Below the pieces are notes generated by a model. That model saw nothing but the letters and a program-made list of their open reading frames with translations, did not search any database and was not told the DNA's origin. From assembly GCF_028641065.1 (NCBI RefSeq), contig NC_073377.1:161138001-161202000 (forward strand): 64,000 bases of DNA, in the 5' to 3' direction. Of the stretch, positions 49,822-62,962 are shown piece after piece. Position numbers and translations under genes: made by a program. The DNA comes from Leucoraja erinacea. Lineage: Eukaryota. Position 1 is the stretch's first letter. Each line of letters starts with the position of its first letter.

Positions 49822-50680
49822 TACAATACAATACAATACAATACAATACAATACAATTTATTTGTCATTTGGACCCCGTTGAGGTCCAAACGAAATGTCG
49901 TTTCTGCAGCCATACATTATAAAACGAAAAAGACCTGAGACACAACACAATTTACACAAACATCCATCACAGCGCTGTGATGGAAGGCAAAAAAACGTAT
50001 CTCTCCCCTGCACTCCCCACCGATGTCAGTCAAAGTCAAAGACCCCGGCGGGCGATGGCGATTGTCCCGCGGCCATTAATGCCACGCCGGGTGATGCAAG
50101 GTCGCGCACCGGGTCTTGGTGTTAGAGCCCCCGGCGGGCGCACGCAAAGTCCTGCGGCCATTCCAAGCCACGCGGGGCGATGGTAAGTGTCCCCGCTCCA
50201 GGTGCTCTTCAATCCTGCAACTCGGGCGGGAGAAGTCGCTGTTGCGGAAGCCCCGAAAAGCGGTCTCCCTCCAGGGACCCGCGGGCTCCCGGTGTTGCCG
50301 TCCGCCAGACCCGCAGCTGCAGCCTCGGAATCTCCGGGGGTCGGGTCGCAGCAGCGCTCCACCACAGCTCCACCCGCTCCGGACTTGGCCAGCTCTGCAA
50401 CGGCGAGTAGGACCACAGCTCCGCAACTGGAGCCCCAGGTCGTTCCTGCTGGAGGCCGCTCCACGTTGCAGCCCCAACGACAACGGAGACCCGACAAAGA
50501 AAAGGTCGGGTCTCCCGTGCAGGGGAAAGATTTTAAAGTTCCCCCCCCCCACCCCAACCCCCCCACACACACATACCCCGACAAAAAAATAAAATAAAAA
50601 CTACATAGAAACGAGACAAAAATAATAAAAAGACTGACGGACTGCAGAGGCCGCTGCTGACGAGAGTCGCGCCGCCCACC
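49822..50680 (-). mobile_element. Full-length CpG-rich non-autonomous retroelement (family 1), (TATTG)n tail
   Basis: Collinear with 35270-36132 from end to end. Confidence 0.82.
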
Positions 50681-52412
50681 GAACAGCTCCATCCAAGACC
50701 GCAAGAAATTGCAGCCAATTGTGGACAGAGCCCAGCTCAGACCATCACACAATCCATCCTTCCTTCTATTGACTCCATTTCTACCTCACGCTGCCTTGGC
50801 AAAGCCAGCAGCATAATCAAGGACGTGTTGCACCCTGGCCACTCCCTCTTCTCCCCTCTTCGATCAGGCAAAAGGCAGCATGTAAAAACGCACACCTCCA
50901 GATTCAGGGACTGTTTCTTCCCAACTGTTATCAGGCAATTGAATCATCCTACCACAACCAAAGAGCAGTGCTGAACTACTATCTACCTCATTGGTGACCC
51001 TTGGACTATCCTTGATCGGACTTTGCTGGCTTCACCTTGCACTAAACATGATTCCCTTATCATGTGTCTATACACTGTAAATGGCTCAATTGCAATCATG
51101 TTTTGTCTTCCTGCTGACTGGATAGCAGGCAACAAAAGCTTTTCACTGTACCTCGGTACACGTGACACTAAACAAAACTGAACAGAGGAACGTCTTGGGG
51201 AAGTCTTTGTGGGGTTCAGAAGTTGCAGCTGAATTATATTACACCCCACATTACTCTTTATTCATCATCACAGGGTCTAAATATTAGAACCCCCGACCTT
51301 CCACTATCTTGGGAATATCTCCATCATACAGTGGATCAAGGGTAGTTACAGGTGGGAATAAATGCTGGCCTTTGCTTGATTGAGATCTTGGATAATTTAA
51401 CAAAAAGAGTTGCTGAGGGTCGTATGATTGATGTATAGATGGGCGTTCACAGAGCTGACAGACACACAATATAACAAGTGCCTTTTCAGTGTACTAACAC
51501 TGCAACATTATTAACAGCATTATGTCACTTGCTACACGGACAATCAGTTTGTATGTATATTTAACGCGAGGCCCAGAGTTGGGTGAAGGGTTGGTTTGTC
51601 AGACTACATGGAAACATATAATAGTGTGAACTGTGGGAGGGACAAGAATCAGAGACAGGCTGGTGAAGTGAGCAGACACATGGTGAGTGAAATCTCATGG
51701 ACCAAAATGTGAAGAGAAATATTTGAGTATGTAGAGGGGCAACATACTGTAACTGAAGTAGTGACGTTACAGTAGGAGGCAGGACTGAAGGAGGGGCCAC
51801 ACAAGTCTCTGGCAGGGCAAGCTTGGAATGGTGCACAAGGGTAGATGGCATCCTTGGATTTATACATTAGTTATATAGAGAAATTGCATAATCACTAGTA
51901 AGAAAAGTAAATGCAATGTTAACATTTATTTCAAGAGGACTAGAATACAAAAACAGGGATGCAATGCTGAGGCTTCATAAAGCACTGGTCAGACTGTCTT
52001 TAGATTATTGTGAACAGTTTTGGGTCCCATATCTGAAGAAAGATGTGCTGGTGTTGGAGAGGGTCCAGAGGAGGTTTACGAGAATTTACCTATCTCTCCC
52101 CCTCAACCCCATTCTCCTGCCTTCTCCACATAACCCCTGACATGCTTACTGATCAAGAATCTATCTAAGTGCCTTAATAATATCCATTGACCTGGCCTCC
52201 GCAGCCTTCTGTGGCAATGAATTTCACAGATTCACCATCCTCTGACTAAAGAAATTCCTCCTTATCTACTTCCTAAAGAAACACCATTTTATTCTGAGTC
52301 TACGACCCCTGGTCCTAGACGCTCCTGGTTAGAATCATCGAGCACTACTCCCCTCCATCCCACAGATGCTGGAGTTCCTTCAGCAGATCATTTATTGCAA
52401 AAGAAAAATATG

Positions 52413-52945
52413 TTTCAAAGTTCAAAGTTCAAAGTAAACTATTGTCAATTCAAATAAATTCGATTGAAATTGCGTTTCCCCATACTCCAAATGTGCAAGT
52501 AATATTTATAACACAGACAGACAATATACCAATAAGATAGACAATATGCATTATTTAAAATATTCACAGTGTGCCAGACTGTAGTAACATTTTGAGGTAT
52601 GTCATTAAGATGCAATAATAAAGGTGCAATATAGAAAAGTGCAAATAGCATACTGCAGACATTGAATTAAAGTTAAATGTTCATGGAATTTTCTTGAGTG
52701 TGTTGAGTAGTCTGATGGCCTGAGAGAAAAAGCTGTTTTTGAATCTGGTGGGTTTGCTCCGCATACTGCGGTAGCGCTTGCCAGATGGTAGGAGAGTGAA
52801 CAGTTTGTGTGCTGGGTGGGTGGTGGCTTTGATGATATTGGTTGCTCTCTTGCGACAGCGAGATGGGTATAAGTCCTGGATTGCAGGTTGGGGTGATCTG
52901 GTGATCTTCTCCGCTGTCCTCACCACTCTCTGTAAACCATTGACC
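52413..52945 (-). mobile_element. Rex1/Babar 3' fragment
   Basis: LQRVVRTAEKIT..HPAHKLFTLLPSGKRYRS..RFKNSFFSQAIRLLN; (tttgaac)n tail. Confidence 0.85.
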
Positions 52946-53994
52946 GTTTTAGCGTGCAGTTTGCAGATAACACTAAAGTAGGTGGTATTGTGGACAGTGA
53001 AGATGGTTGTCAAGGATTACAGTGGGATCTTGATCAGCTGGGCGAATGGGCTGAGGAGTTTGGTGCAGGTGGGTGAGGGGTGTTTTGGGATTTTTGGAGG
53101 TCCGGTTGAGATGGGACCTTCATGGTGTATGTGGGCCCTGAGGCCATGGTGGAGTAAGGATTGTAGGGGTGCTAGTGCAGGGTTCCCTGGAGGTTGTGTC
53201 ATAGGTGGGGAGGATGATGGAGAGGGCTTGTTCTACATTGGCCCTTGGCATTCAGGGTATTTAGTGTGGAGTTTGGAATGTTGTGTTGCAGTTGTACAGG
53301 ACGTTGTGGGGCCACATTTGGAGCACTGTGTTCAGTCTTGGTCACAGGGATGTCATTGGGCTGGAGGGAGAGTACAGAGAAGATGAGTGAGGATGTTGCT
53401 GGGACTGAGGGGTCTGAGATATAAGGAGGTTGGGACTTTGTTCCGTGGAGTGCAGGAGGCTTATTGGACAATGGAGGAGGATGAAGAGGCTTTAAGACCT
53501 CCTTGTGCTTCCATGAGTCAAAATCACACATGATCAGATCACTGAGAAAAGAATGTGAGGCAGCATGTGGAAACATTTGTTTAAAAGATGAACTGGTTGT
53601 GATCTGCAATTCATTGATTGCAAAGTTACTGGAAACAGAATTTTAAATGGTATGAATGAATTTTAAAGAAAGACTGAGCCAACTGTTTTACTTTATAAGT
53701 TCTGTCACCAAACTGTCTGAGGCACATTCGTCCTACACTTTCCTTCAGCGCTATATGTTCCTATTAATAGTATAACAGGTCTGTTAAACATAACACTTGT
53801 AATAGCTTGGAAGACTGACACATCTCATCCAGGGAATATACAAGATTAGTCTTGATCTTTCAGATCAAGGTGTTTTATATCTGCTGGGCAATGGATTGTC
53901 ATATAAAGGCAGCAGAATAGCTGGTGCTAGCAAATCAGATTGAATTATAAATGGAATTTAATCCTGATAGTTATGACACATTGCACAAATTCAT

Positions 53995-54592
53995 ATAACC
54001 ATATAACAATTACAGCACGGAAACAGGCCATCTCGGCCCTACAAGTCCGTGCCGAACAACTTTTTTTCCCTTAGTCCCACCTGCCTGCGCTCATACCATA
54101 ACCCTCCATTCCCTTCTCATCCATATGCCTATCCAATTTATTTTTAAATGATACCAATGAACCTGCCTCCACCACTTCCACTGGAAGCTCATTCCACACC
54201 GCTACCACTCTCTGAGTAAAGAAGTTCCCCCTCATATTACCCCTAAACTTCTGTCCTTTAATTCTGAAGTCATGCCCTCTTGTTTGAATCTTCCCTATTC
54301 TCAAAGGGAAAAGCTTGTCCACATCAACTCTGTCTCTCCCTCTCATCATTTAAAAGACCTCTATCAAGTCCCCCCTTAACCTTCTGCGCTCCAGAGAATA
54401 AAGACCTAACTTATTCAACCTATCTCTGTAACTTAGTAGTTGTTGAAACCCAGGCAACATTCTAGTAAATCTCCTCTGTACTCTCTCTATTTTATAAAGA
54501 CATCCTTCCTATAATTGGGCGACCAAAATTGTACACCATACTCCAGATTTGGTCTCACCAATGCCTTGTACAATTTTAACATTACATCCCAG
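53995..54592 (-). mobile_element. CR1 LINE 3' fragment
   Basis: Near-identical (reverse complement) to 6200-6790. Confidence 0.9.
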
Positions 54593-54826
54593 CTCCTGGG
54601 TGTTAATATCTCAGATAACCTGTCCTGGGCCCAGCACATAGATGGAATCATGAAGTGCCAACAACACTACTTTTTTCAAAGTTTAAAGAGATCTGGCATG
54701 TCACCAAATACTCCAACACAATTCCACAGAAACATTGTAGAAAGTATTGTGACTGGTCACATCATGGCCTGGTATTGCAATTCTATCTGCAAGGAATGAA
54801 AGTGTTGCCGTCCATCACAGGTACAA

Positions 54827-54896
54827 CCCCCGCCCCCCCCCCCCCCCCCCCCCCACCCCCCCACCCCCCCCCCCCCCCACCCCCCCCCCCCCACCC
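54827..54896. repeat. Poly-C tract (G-quadruplex potential on the minus strand) inside an old Rex1 fragment (54595-55010)
   Basis: About 70 nt that is almost pure C. Confidence 0.9.
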
Positions 54897-55643
54897 AGGT
54901 TCAGGAATAGTTACTCTCTTACACCGACAGGTTCTTGAACTGACCTGAACAAATCTAATCGTACCTCGGCAACAGAACACACAAGACCACTCCTTGCACT
55001 GCCTTGGACTTGTGGAGGGGATAAGATAGAGTAAAGTGTGTGTAAGAGATAAGCGGTTAGAGCAACACTGAGGAAAAGCGTAGTCACGCAGAAGATGTTA
55101 CAAATGTTCAACACATTTTACCACAGTGGGTGGTGTGGATCGGTTTCTCACAACATTATAGAAGCTTCCGGATGAGCACTTGTATTGCCAATGCATAGAA
55201 GGTTACAGACAAAGTACTAGTAAATGGCATTAATATAGATGAGTACTGGATGTCATGGGCATGCTGATTTGTCTGTTTCTGTCGAAGATAGACACAAAAT
55301 GCTGGAGTTGCAAAATGCATCGGGTCAGGCATCAATTCTGGAGAAAAGAATAGGTGATGTTTCGGGTCAAGACCCATTTTCAGACATTCAGCCTGTTTTT
55401 GTGTTCTATAAATCTAATTGACTTAACACAGCTTTGGTGTTCCGTATCATTCTCCCTGTGTCTCTTTAAAATGATGACCAGGATACGATTATTGGATTCA
55501 AAGCAGTTTATTAACAAAACTTGAACGCACACAGTTTTTCATACATATAATATAGCAAGCTCTTGACAGACACATTTCTTTCTGTGCCTTGCTGCTTATA
55601 GCTTCAAATAATATGAAGTATGTTCTTAAACTAAAGGCCATTC

Positions 55644-56300
55644 ATAGAAACATAGAAACATAGAAAATAGGTGCAGGAGTAGGCCATTCGGCCCTTTGAG
55701 CTTGCACCGCCATTCAATATGATCATGGCTGATCATCCAACTCAGTATCCTGTACCTGCCTTCTCTCCATACCCCCTGATCCCTTTAGCCACAAGGGCCT
55801 CTTAAATATAGCCAATGAACTGGCCTCAACTACCTTCTGCGGCAGAGAATTCCAGAGATTCACCACTCTCTGTGTGAAAAATGGTTTTCCTCATCTCGGT
55901 CCTAAAAGATTTCCCCCTTATCCTTAAACTGTGACCCCTTGTTCTGGACTTCCCCAACATCGGGAACAATCTTCCTGCATCAAGTCTGTCCAACCCCTTA
56001 CGAATTTTGTAAGTTTCTATAAGATCCACCCTCAATCTTCTAAATTCTAGCTAGTACAAACCGAGTCTATCCAGTCTTTCTTCATATGAAAGTCCTGACA
56101 TCCCAGAAATCAGTCTGGTGAACCTTCTCTGTACTCCCTCTATGGCAAAAATGTCTTTCCTCAGATTAGGAGACCAAAACTGTACGCAATACTCCAGGTG
56201 TGGTCTCACCAAGGCCCTGTACAACTGCGGTAGAACCTCCCTGCTCCTATACTCAAATCCTTTTGCTATGAATGCTAACATACCATTCGCCTTCTTTCAC
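55644..56300 (-). mobile_element. CR1 LINE, specific to copy B
   Basis: MLAFIAKGFEYRSREVL..; TTCAT duplicated at the flanks; absent from copy A (~44895). Confidence 0.9.
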
Positions 56301-57029
56301 AATTACTCTACACAAAAAAAGTCGTTGAAAGGAGACCAACTCCTTAAGAATGTTCATCCACATTACCCTAGTTACTCTAATTTAATGTTCCTCGTGTTAC
56401 CGACAGAGAAAAGAAGAATGACAAAGTATTAGAGACCCTGAAAAGAATGGAGCAGTGGCTGGAAAGATGTGTCTGGAAAAAGCGTAGTCGGGTGTAGTAC
56501 CGTGCCCCTGGATTTACAATGTCATCAGATCAGGAAAGCTCAATCACCTCCATCCTGATGTGCCAATGACTGCCATTAAAAAAGGAAACAGGGATTGTGT
56601 GCTTTGTCCATCTCATCATAGAATTAAAAAATAGAGAGGAATTATTATTTTTTATTTTTTTGTAATCTATTTAGTTTAATGAAACAATCATTATCATTGG
56701 CTTTATATGTGTGATATACATCTATGGTGCTTGTTGCTGCTTTATGGACAACTAATAAATGCTGGCCCTACTTATATCCTACTTCTCGCATGGAGAAGAA
56801 GAATTTGCATTCACACAACATTGTTCACTTCCTTACCAATTGCAAGTTCTTCACAGCCAGTAACATGCTTTTGAAACATTACCACTGTGCACAAAAAGCA
56901 TCCATTTTCTTCAACAAACCACTAATGGCAATGAGATCAACATAATTGCTCAGTTTCTCAGCACTTCTAGCATTTTGTATTATTTATTTATTTTGTTGGT
57001 GTTTTTTGTTGTTGTTTATTTTATTACAA

Positions 57030-57442
57030 TACTCACATGAGGTTCAAACGAAATTTGGTGTCTGCAGCCTTACAAGAAAAGAACCAAGACACACACCAAC
57101 ACAATTTACACAAACATCCATCACAGTGAGTCTCCTGCTCACTGTGATGGAAGGCAAAGTCTTATCTCTCCCCTGCTCTCCATTCCTCTCCCGAAGTCGC
57201 AGTCAAAGGCCCCGGCGGGCGCTAGCATGTCCGCGGCCACTCAACGCCACGCCGGGCGATGTAAGGCCCTGCCCCGGGACTTGGTGTTGGAGCCCCCGGC
57301 GGGCGCTGGCAAGTCCGCGGCAAATCAAAGCCGCGCCGGGCGTTGTAAGGCCCTGCTCCAGGTCACTCTCAACCCCGCAATTCGGGCGGTAGAAGTCGCC
57401 GTTGCCGGTGCCCCGCAAAGCAGTCTCCCACTGGGGACTCGC
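57030..57442 (-). mobile_element. CpG-rich non-autonomous retroelement, 3' half
   Basis: Related to 35300-35730, with an internal ~85-bp tandem duplication. Confidence 0.7.
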
Positions 57443-57449
57443 GTATTAG

Positions 57450-58157
57450 AAGTTAATACAGTACAAAACAGTACAGTGGAACCTAATTTTAGGTGCCAAC
57501 AATGTAATACCGTAATCCATTCTATGTACAACCTCTAGTTTTATGTTTTGAGAAAGAAGTAAGCAAGACAAGAAAAAGAAAACAATAGAAAGGGGAAAAG
57601 AGGAAAAATAGCTGGTAGAGAATAGAAAAACGTGAAGTGTGTATATAAAAAAAAAGAAAAAGTGGAAAGTAGAAATAGGAGAGAAGGCCCCTTAAAAGAG
57701 AAAATTTCAAATCTGTATTCGGAGATGTAGATCTATCCACGTCATGAACTGAAATCAGCAATCTTTACGGTACCGCTGCATCACATGATTCCAAAAAGTC
57801 GATGAAAGGAGACCAACTCCTTAAGAATTGGTCATATTTATCTATTAGTCGGAGTCTCATTTCTTCAAGGCGTGCTATGTCCATCATATTCCTAATCCAC
57901 ATTTTAACAGTTGGTATGGTTGTATTTTTCCAAAATTTACGTATCAATTTCTTTCCAATTATTAACCCATAATTTAAAAAAACGTTTTGGTCTTTATTTA
58001 AATTGATATCGTCTACTATTATTCCAAATATAATCCATTCCGTTTTAGGTTCTATTGTGGACTTGAAAAGCTTTGTAAATATATCAAATATATCGCTCCA
58101 AAATTTATTCAACTTTGTACATCCTACAAATGAATGTGTTATATTAGCATTTTGAAA
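57450..58157 (-). mobile_element. L1-clade LINE ORF2 C-terminus and 3' UTR
   Basis: THSFVGC.KLNKFWSDIF..WIIFG..GKKLIRKFWK..PTVKMW..WSPFIDFL, typical of the C-terminus of fish-type L1. Confidence 0.8.
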
Positions 58158-60799
58158 AATAGCGAGGAATTATGATAAACCTTTCATAGGTTTCTAGCTG
58201 ATGTAATCCTTCCAGTTCTTGGCACCAAATTACGTCCAAAATCAAAGTCCCACAAAGCTGATCTACAAGAATGAAGCCATGTTTTTGGAATCTCTATTTT
58301 ATTGAGAAAAGCTTGGTTTATTTAACAGGGCAGAGGTGGAGTGAAGGTGAGATTTGAAGCATACTGTATATCCAATATCCAGTATATCATGAAATATAAA
58401 ATGGAGGAAGGACGATGAAAGTGTTGCTCGTGGCAAAAGCATCATTGACTAGAGGGCACGGATGTGGAGAAATTTGCAGAAGAAACACAAGGAAAAGAGC
58501 TGTTAATCTGGAGTTTCTCTCTGAAAAGGCAATGGAAGCAGATTTGATGGTAACTTTCAATAAAGAGTTAGTTGGAAGAACTATCAAAGCAGAGAAATTT
58601 GCATGGCTTTGAAAATACCTGAAATGGTGGCGGTGTTTTGGTGGTGGTTGGGAGTTGAAGAGTTATAGGTGAGAATACTTGAATATCACTTATACATAAC
58701 CAGCAAAGACATTTGTGCTGAATGATCTGCTGTCAACCTCATTCTATGAGTTAATATTGGAGACTTTCCCTTATAGGGAAGAGATAGAAGATTTGGCATT
58801 ATATTTAGGAACAGACAAATACATTTTAGAATGCCATGTATTTAATGCTTAAATCATATCAGAGATACAATCCTTTTTATTTAGAATTAAAATCACTTCA
58901 CCAAAAAAACATTTGTAGGTATAAAACCTGTTTCATCACCTCAGGATACCATTGTGGCAATGAAGCCCTTCAAAATGTATCCGACTTTGCAGTTTTGGTC
59001 AGTAAGCCAATAATAAGCATCTTCACCCAGAGAGCCTTGCCACTCAAACAAACTATTTTACGTGGGTTAATCTGATGAGCTCTGAAAGAAAAAGGGAGGC
59101 ATTTTATCTTTCTAGTTATTAGAATTTTTGAGGGGATGGGGGAAGGGGGTGGGGGGGAGAGGGGGGCTAAATTGCAACATCATTTAATTGTCAGAGTTCT
59201 CTTGTTTGTTCCTTTCACTTGTGGCAGATGATCTGCCGATAAAATGCAATTCATACAATTTCTCCACATTATCACGAATCCCACCCATTGAAATATAAAC
59301 ATGAAAATTTAAATGCATGAACAATTCTTACATGATTGCCGCGTAATTGCACTCTTTGTTCGCTGCGATGATTTCAATTTTATGAATATTATCCACGGAC
59401 ATGCGATTTGTTGAACACGTACTGCACCTACATCGTGATCCTAAATTGATATTGTTATGAGCCGCTGTAAAACAAATGACAAGTTGTAAAGACATATTCC
59501 TTAAAATTTGTTTTATTACTTTCAGTGTTCACAATGTGGCCCCTTCTTTGGCCTTCTGCGCTGTTATAACAAGGCCTATTCTAAGACCGAGGAAGGATAC
59601 ATCAAGTTCCATCTGGACACATGATAACCTGCAAGCCTAAACATCAAATAGAACAACCTGGAAAACACACACTGTCTTTGAATCAGAACCTGCCAAACCC
59701 ACTCAGGATTCTATGTTTCAGTGTGATCACTGCTCATTTTTTAAGTTACAATGAGTACAGACCCACCCGCTTCAACCATTTAACCATTTAACCATATAAC
59801 CATATAACAATTACAGCACAGAACCTGCCTGCACTCATACCATAACCCTCCATTCCCTTCTCATCCATATGCCTATCCAATTTATTTTTAAATGATACCA
59901 AATTATTATAAGACAATCCATATCTAATATTATCCAAGTGAACATTCGGTGAACTGTCTGCAATAGTTCATTCAACTGGCTGAATGAATTAAAAATCTAA
60001 TTACAACTATCAAGCTTAAAGACTATAAATTACAAGATATTGGGTATTTTCCTCACCCATAGACAAAGCTGCACAAATTCCAAGCAGCAGCAGGAGTGTA
60101 GCACTAACTCTGTAGTTCATTGTCGGAGTTCCAGTCTTCTCGAGCCTTGCCTTTCTGATTCACTTGGTTTTTCTTGGTGTCTTCTATTTGCTCTGCATTT
60201 ATATTCTGAATAACTAGGGGTTGCTCAATATAATGAATTTGCAAAGGCCAGTCACGGGTGCAACAGGAAACACTGATTACATCAAGACAGCCATGATCAT
60301 ATTGAATGGCGGTGCAGGATCGAAGGGCCGAATGGCCTACTCCTGCACCTATTTTCTATGTTTCTATGATAATCAATTTAATAATAAGCAATATTAATAA
60401 TGTTGCAAATTTTAGATCATATCAAAATAGACAGTTTGTTTAAAAAAAATAAGCTGAAAAAAAGGTAATGGTGTGATGGAGACCATTGGAAATTGGAACA
60501 GGAGCAGGCCACCCTGCACTTGAGGCCCTCTCAACTCTATAGGGGGTTGCACGTAAGGTCACCGGGTCATAGGGCTCGACGCACGGAGCCGCTAAATCCA
60601 ACTGGAAGACATCCGTCACTTCCGGTATATGTTATTAATGCTAGAAACGTGTACTTTCCTACCTGTTAAAACCCGCCAAAATGTTGAATTTTTACGCTGA
60701 AAAAAATTGTGGGAGTCGGGGTAAGTGTGAGCGACATGTACCCAACTTTAGGATTCCAAACGTGAAGCAAAATGAAGGTATAGAGAAGCGAGAACTGAA

Positions 60800-61806
60800 G
60801 GGAAGAGGGAAACTTTATTTCCTGGTCCCTACCTGGTCGGAGAGGCGGCTTCCCTGCGAGCTGCTTCTTCGCCCCCTCCTCGCGGCGCCTACCATCGGAC
60901 TGGAGTGACGTTTCCTGTCGGGACCGGCCGGGACTACAGCTTTGGCGGCGGCGCAGCGCAGGGACACCATCACGGAGCGTGTCCCACGAGCATGTGACCT
61001 GCATGCGGCATGCGCAACCAGACCAGAAGCGGTGGCCGCGTGGAGGTCGAGTGAGTGACATGAAGTCCGAGCGAAGTCCACGGGAAGTTCGCGTGTGATG
61101 TACGGCGTCGAGGCGGCTGTGGGCCGGCAGAAATTTTTGAACACGGTCAGTTTTTCGGAGCCCCGCGCGAAGTCGGGACCAGCTCCGCACAACTCCATAC
61201 GGCTCCGGCGATCGAAGTGGGACCTGTCCCGTGTGGCCGTACGGCTCAAGCGACCACGTTAGGTCGCACTTGCCGCATGGAGTCGCATGCTCGTGGGACG
61301 GGCCCTTTACCCGGGTCGCCTTGCGGTACGCTCCGGAGTGCTGTGACCACTGACTTTAACATCCGAGGAGCTGTGGTTGCGGGCGTCCAGCCGCGGGCGG
61401 CTCTGGATTTAAAACATCGCGGAGCCTGGGATTTGAGATGGCCAGAATCGGAGCTCCAGCCAGCGCGGCCTGAGGACTACGGGTGCCGCCGTCTCCGGGG
61501 AACAAGCGGCGGCTCCAGACATTTCCAAGCCGCTGAGGAGCGTTCACCCGACGCCGGAGTTCCAGATTTCCGGCAAGTGGACCTGAAAACATCGATCTGG
61601 CTGCGAAGGCCACAATAGGCCCGACTATGGGTGAACAGGGGATGGGACTGGACTTTGCTGCCTTCCCCCACAGTGGGAACCATTGTGGGGGGATGTTTTT
61701 ATGTTTTTATGTTTATTGTTAAAATTCTGTAATGTTGTGTCTTATCTTTATTCATGTGCTGCATTGTCAAGTCAACTTTCACTACACCATTTGGTGTAGT
61801 GAAAGT
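60800..61806 (+). mobile_element. CpG-rich non-autonomous retroelement (family 2) interrupted by a MITE
   Basis: Collinear with 18020-18640 on both sides of the insertion. Confidence 0.75.
60979..61306. mobile_element. Harbinger-type MITE, third family (left end clipped)
   Basis: GTCCCACGAGCATG..CATGCTCGTGGGAC TIRs; followed by TTA, which corresponds to the host site ccTTAccggg. Confidence 0.7.
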
Positions 61807-61849
61807 CTGGGACATTTGGAATGAACTGATCCTGCACCTTCTGTATTAT

Positions 61850-62600
61850 TCCCAGAAATACCTGCCATTGTCCCACTGTCATCCCTGCTAGGGTATCTTT
61901 CCAGTCAACATTGGCCAGCTCCTCCCTCATGACTCCATAGTCCCCTTTAACACCAACACCTCCAATTTACCCTTCTCCCTCTCCAATTGTAGATTAAATT
62001 TGACCATATTATGGTCACTACCTCCTAATGGCTCCATAACCTCAAGTTCCTTTAGCAAATCTGGTTAATTACTTTAGACTAAATCCACAATTGCCTTCTC
62101 CCTGCAAGGCTCCAATACGAGCTGCTTTAAGAATCCATCACAGAGACACTCCACAAACTCCCTTTCTTGGGGCCCAGTACCAACCTGATTTTCCCAATCT
62201 ACCTGCATGTTGAAATCTCCCATTATCTTTACTACATGCCAATTTGAACTCCTGATTCAACTTGCACCCCATATCCAGGCTACTGTTTGGGGGCCTGTAG
62301 ATAAGTCACATTAGGGTATTTTTACCCTTACAATTCCTTAGTTCTATCCATACGGACTCCACATCCCCTGTTTCAATGTCACCCCTTGCAAGGGACTGAA
62401 TTTCATTCCTCACCAACAGAGCTACCAAACCCCCTCTGCCCACCTGTCTGTCTTGAATATTCAGTTCCCAGCCCTGGCCCTCATGCAGCCATGTCTCTGT
62501 AATTCCCACAACATCATACTTGCCAATTTATAACTGAGGCTCAAGCTCGTCCACTTTATTTCTTAACTTCGCTCATACACAACACTTTGACCTCCGTATT
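61850..62600 (-). mobile_element. CR1 ORF2 endonuclease region, decayed
   Basis: GITETWLHEGQGWELNIQ..VESVWIELRN..GDFNMQVDW. Confidence 0.85.
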
Positions 62601-62962
62601 CACGTCCCCTCTCACACCGCTCACAATTGGCCCTGACCTTACTCCCTTATCCTTTCTCAAACCTTTTCTTCCCATTAATTCAAGAGTCTTTTGTAACTTT
62701 TCCTGTACTCACTTCCCCTTTAACTCCATCTTTGTACTCCCAATTTGTCAATCCATCTCCCCCGCAGTTTTGGTTCCACTGTTGAGTTCCATTGGTGGGA
62801 TCTACATGTCAGCGTTGCAGACTGATCCGTATATTAATTGCTTGTTCAAACATCACACACAGTCAGTAGATGCACATTGAGAAATGGAGTCCTGTGCACT
62901 TCCTGTCAGACATTTGTCCTGTTGAAGCATGTTGCGTGAATGTCCGCGTTGGGACATTCAGT

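Larger units (their letters stand above)
48304..60530 (+). repeat. Segmental duplication copy B
   Basis: Counterpart of copy A; carries extra segments and copy-specific insertions. Confidence 0.92.

Noticed and set aside
50036-50752. Long ORFs in GC-rich segments (also 18006-18608, 35521-36023, 60666-61618)
   Set aside because: Stops are scarce because of high GC; frames are not conserved between copies and no domains were recognised.
52350-54896. G-quadruplex-induced deletion in copy A ending at the poly-C tract
   Set aside because: The polarity is opposite to the FANCJ/dog-1 pattern, and it is a single event.
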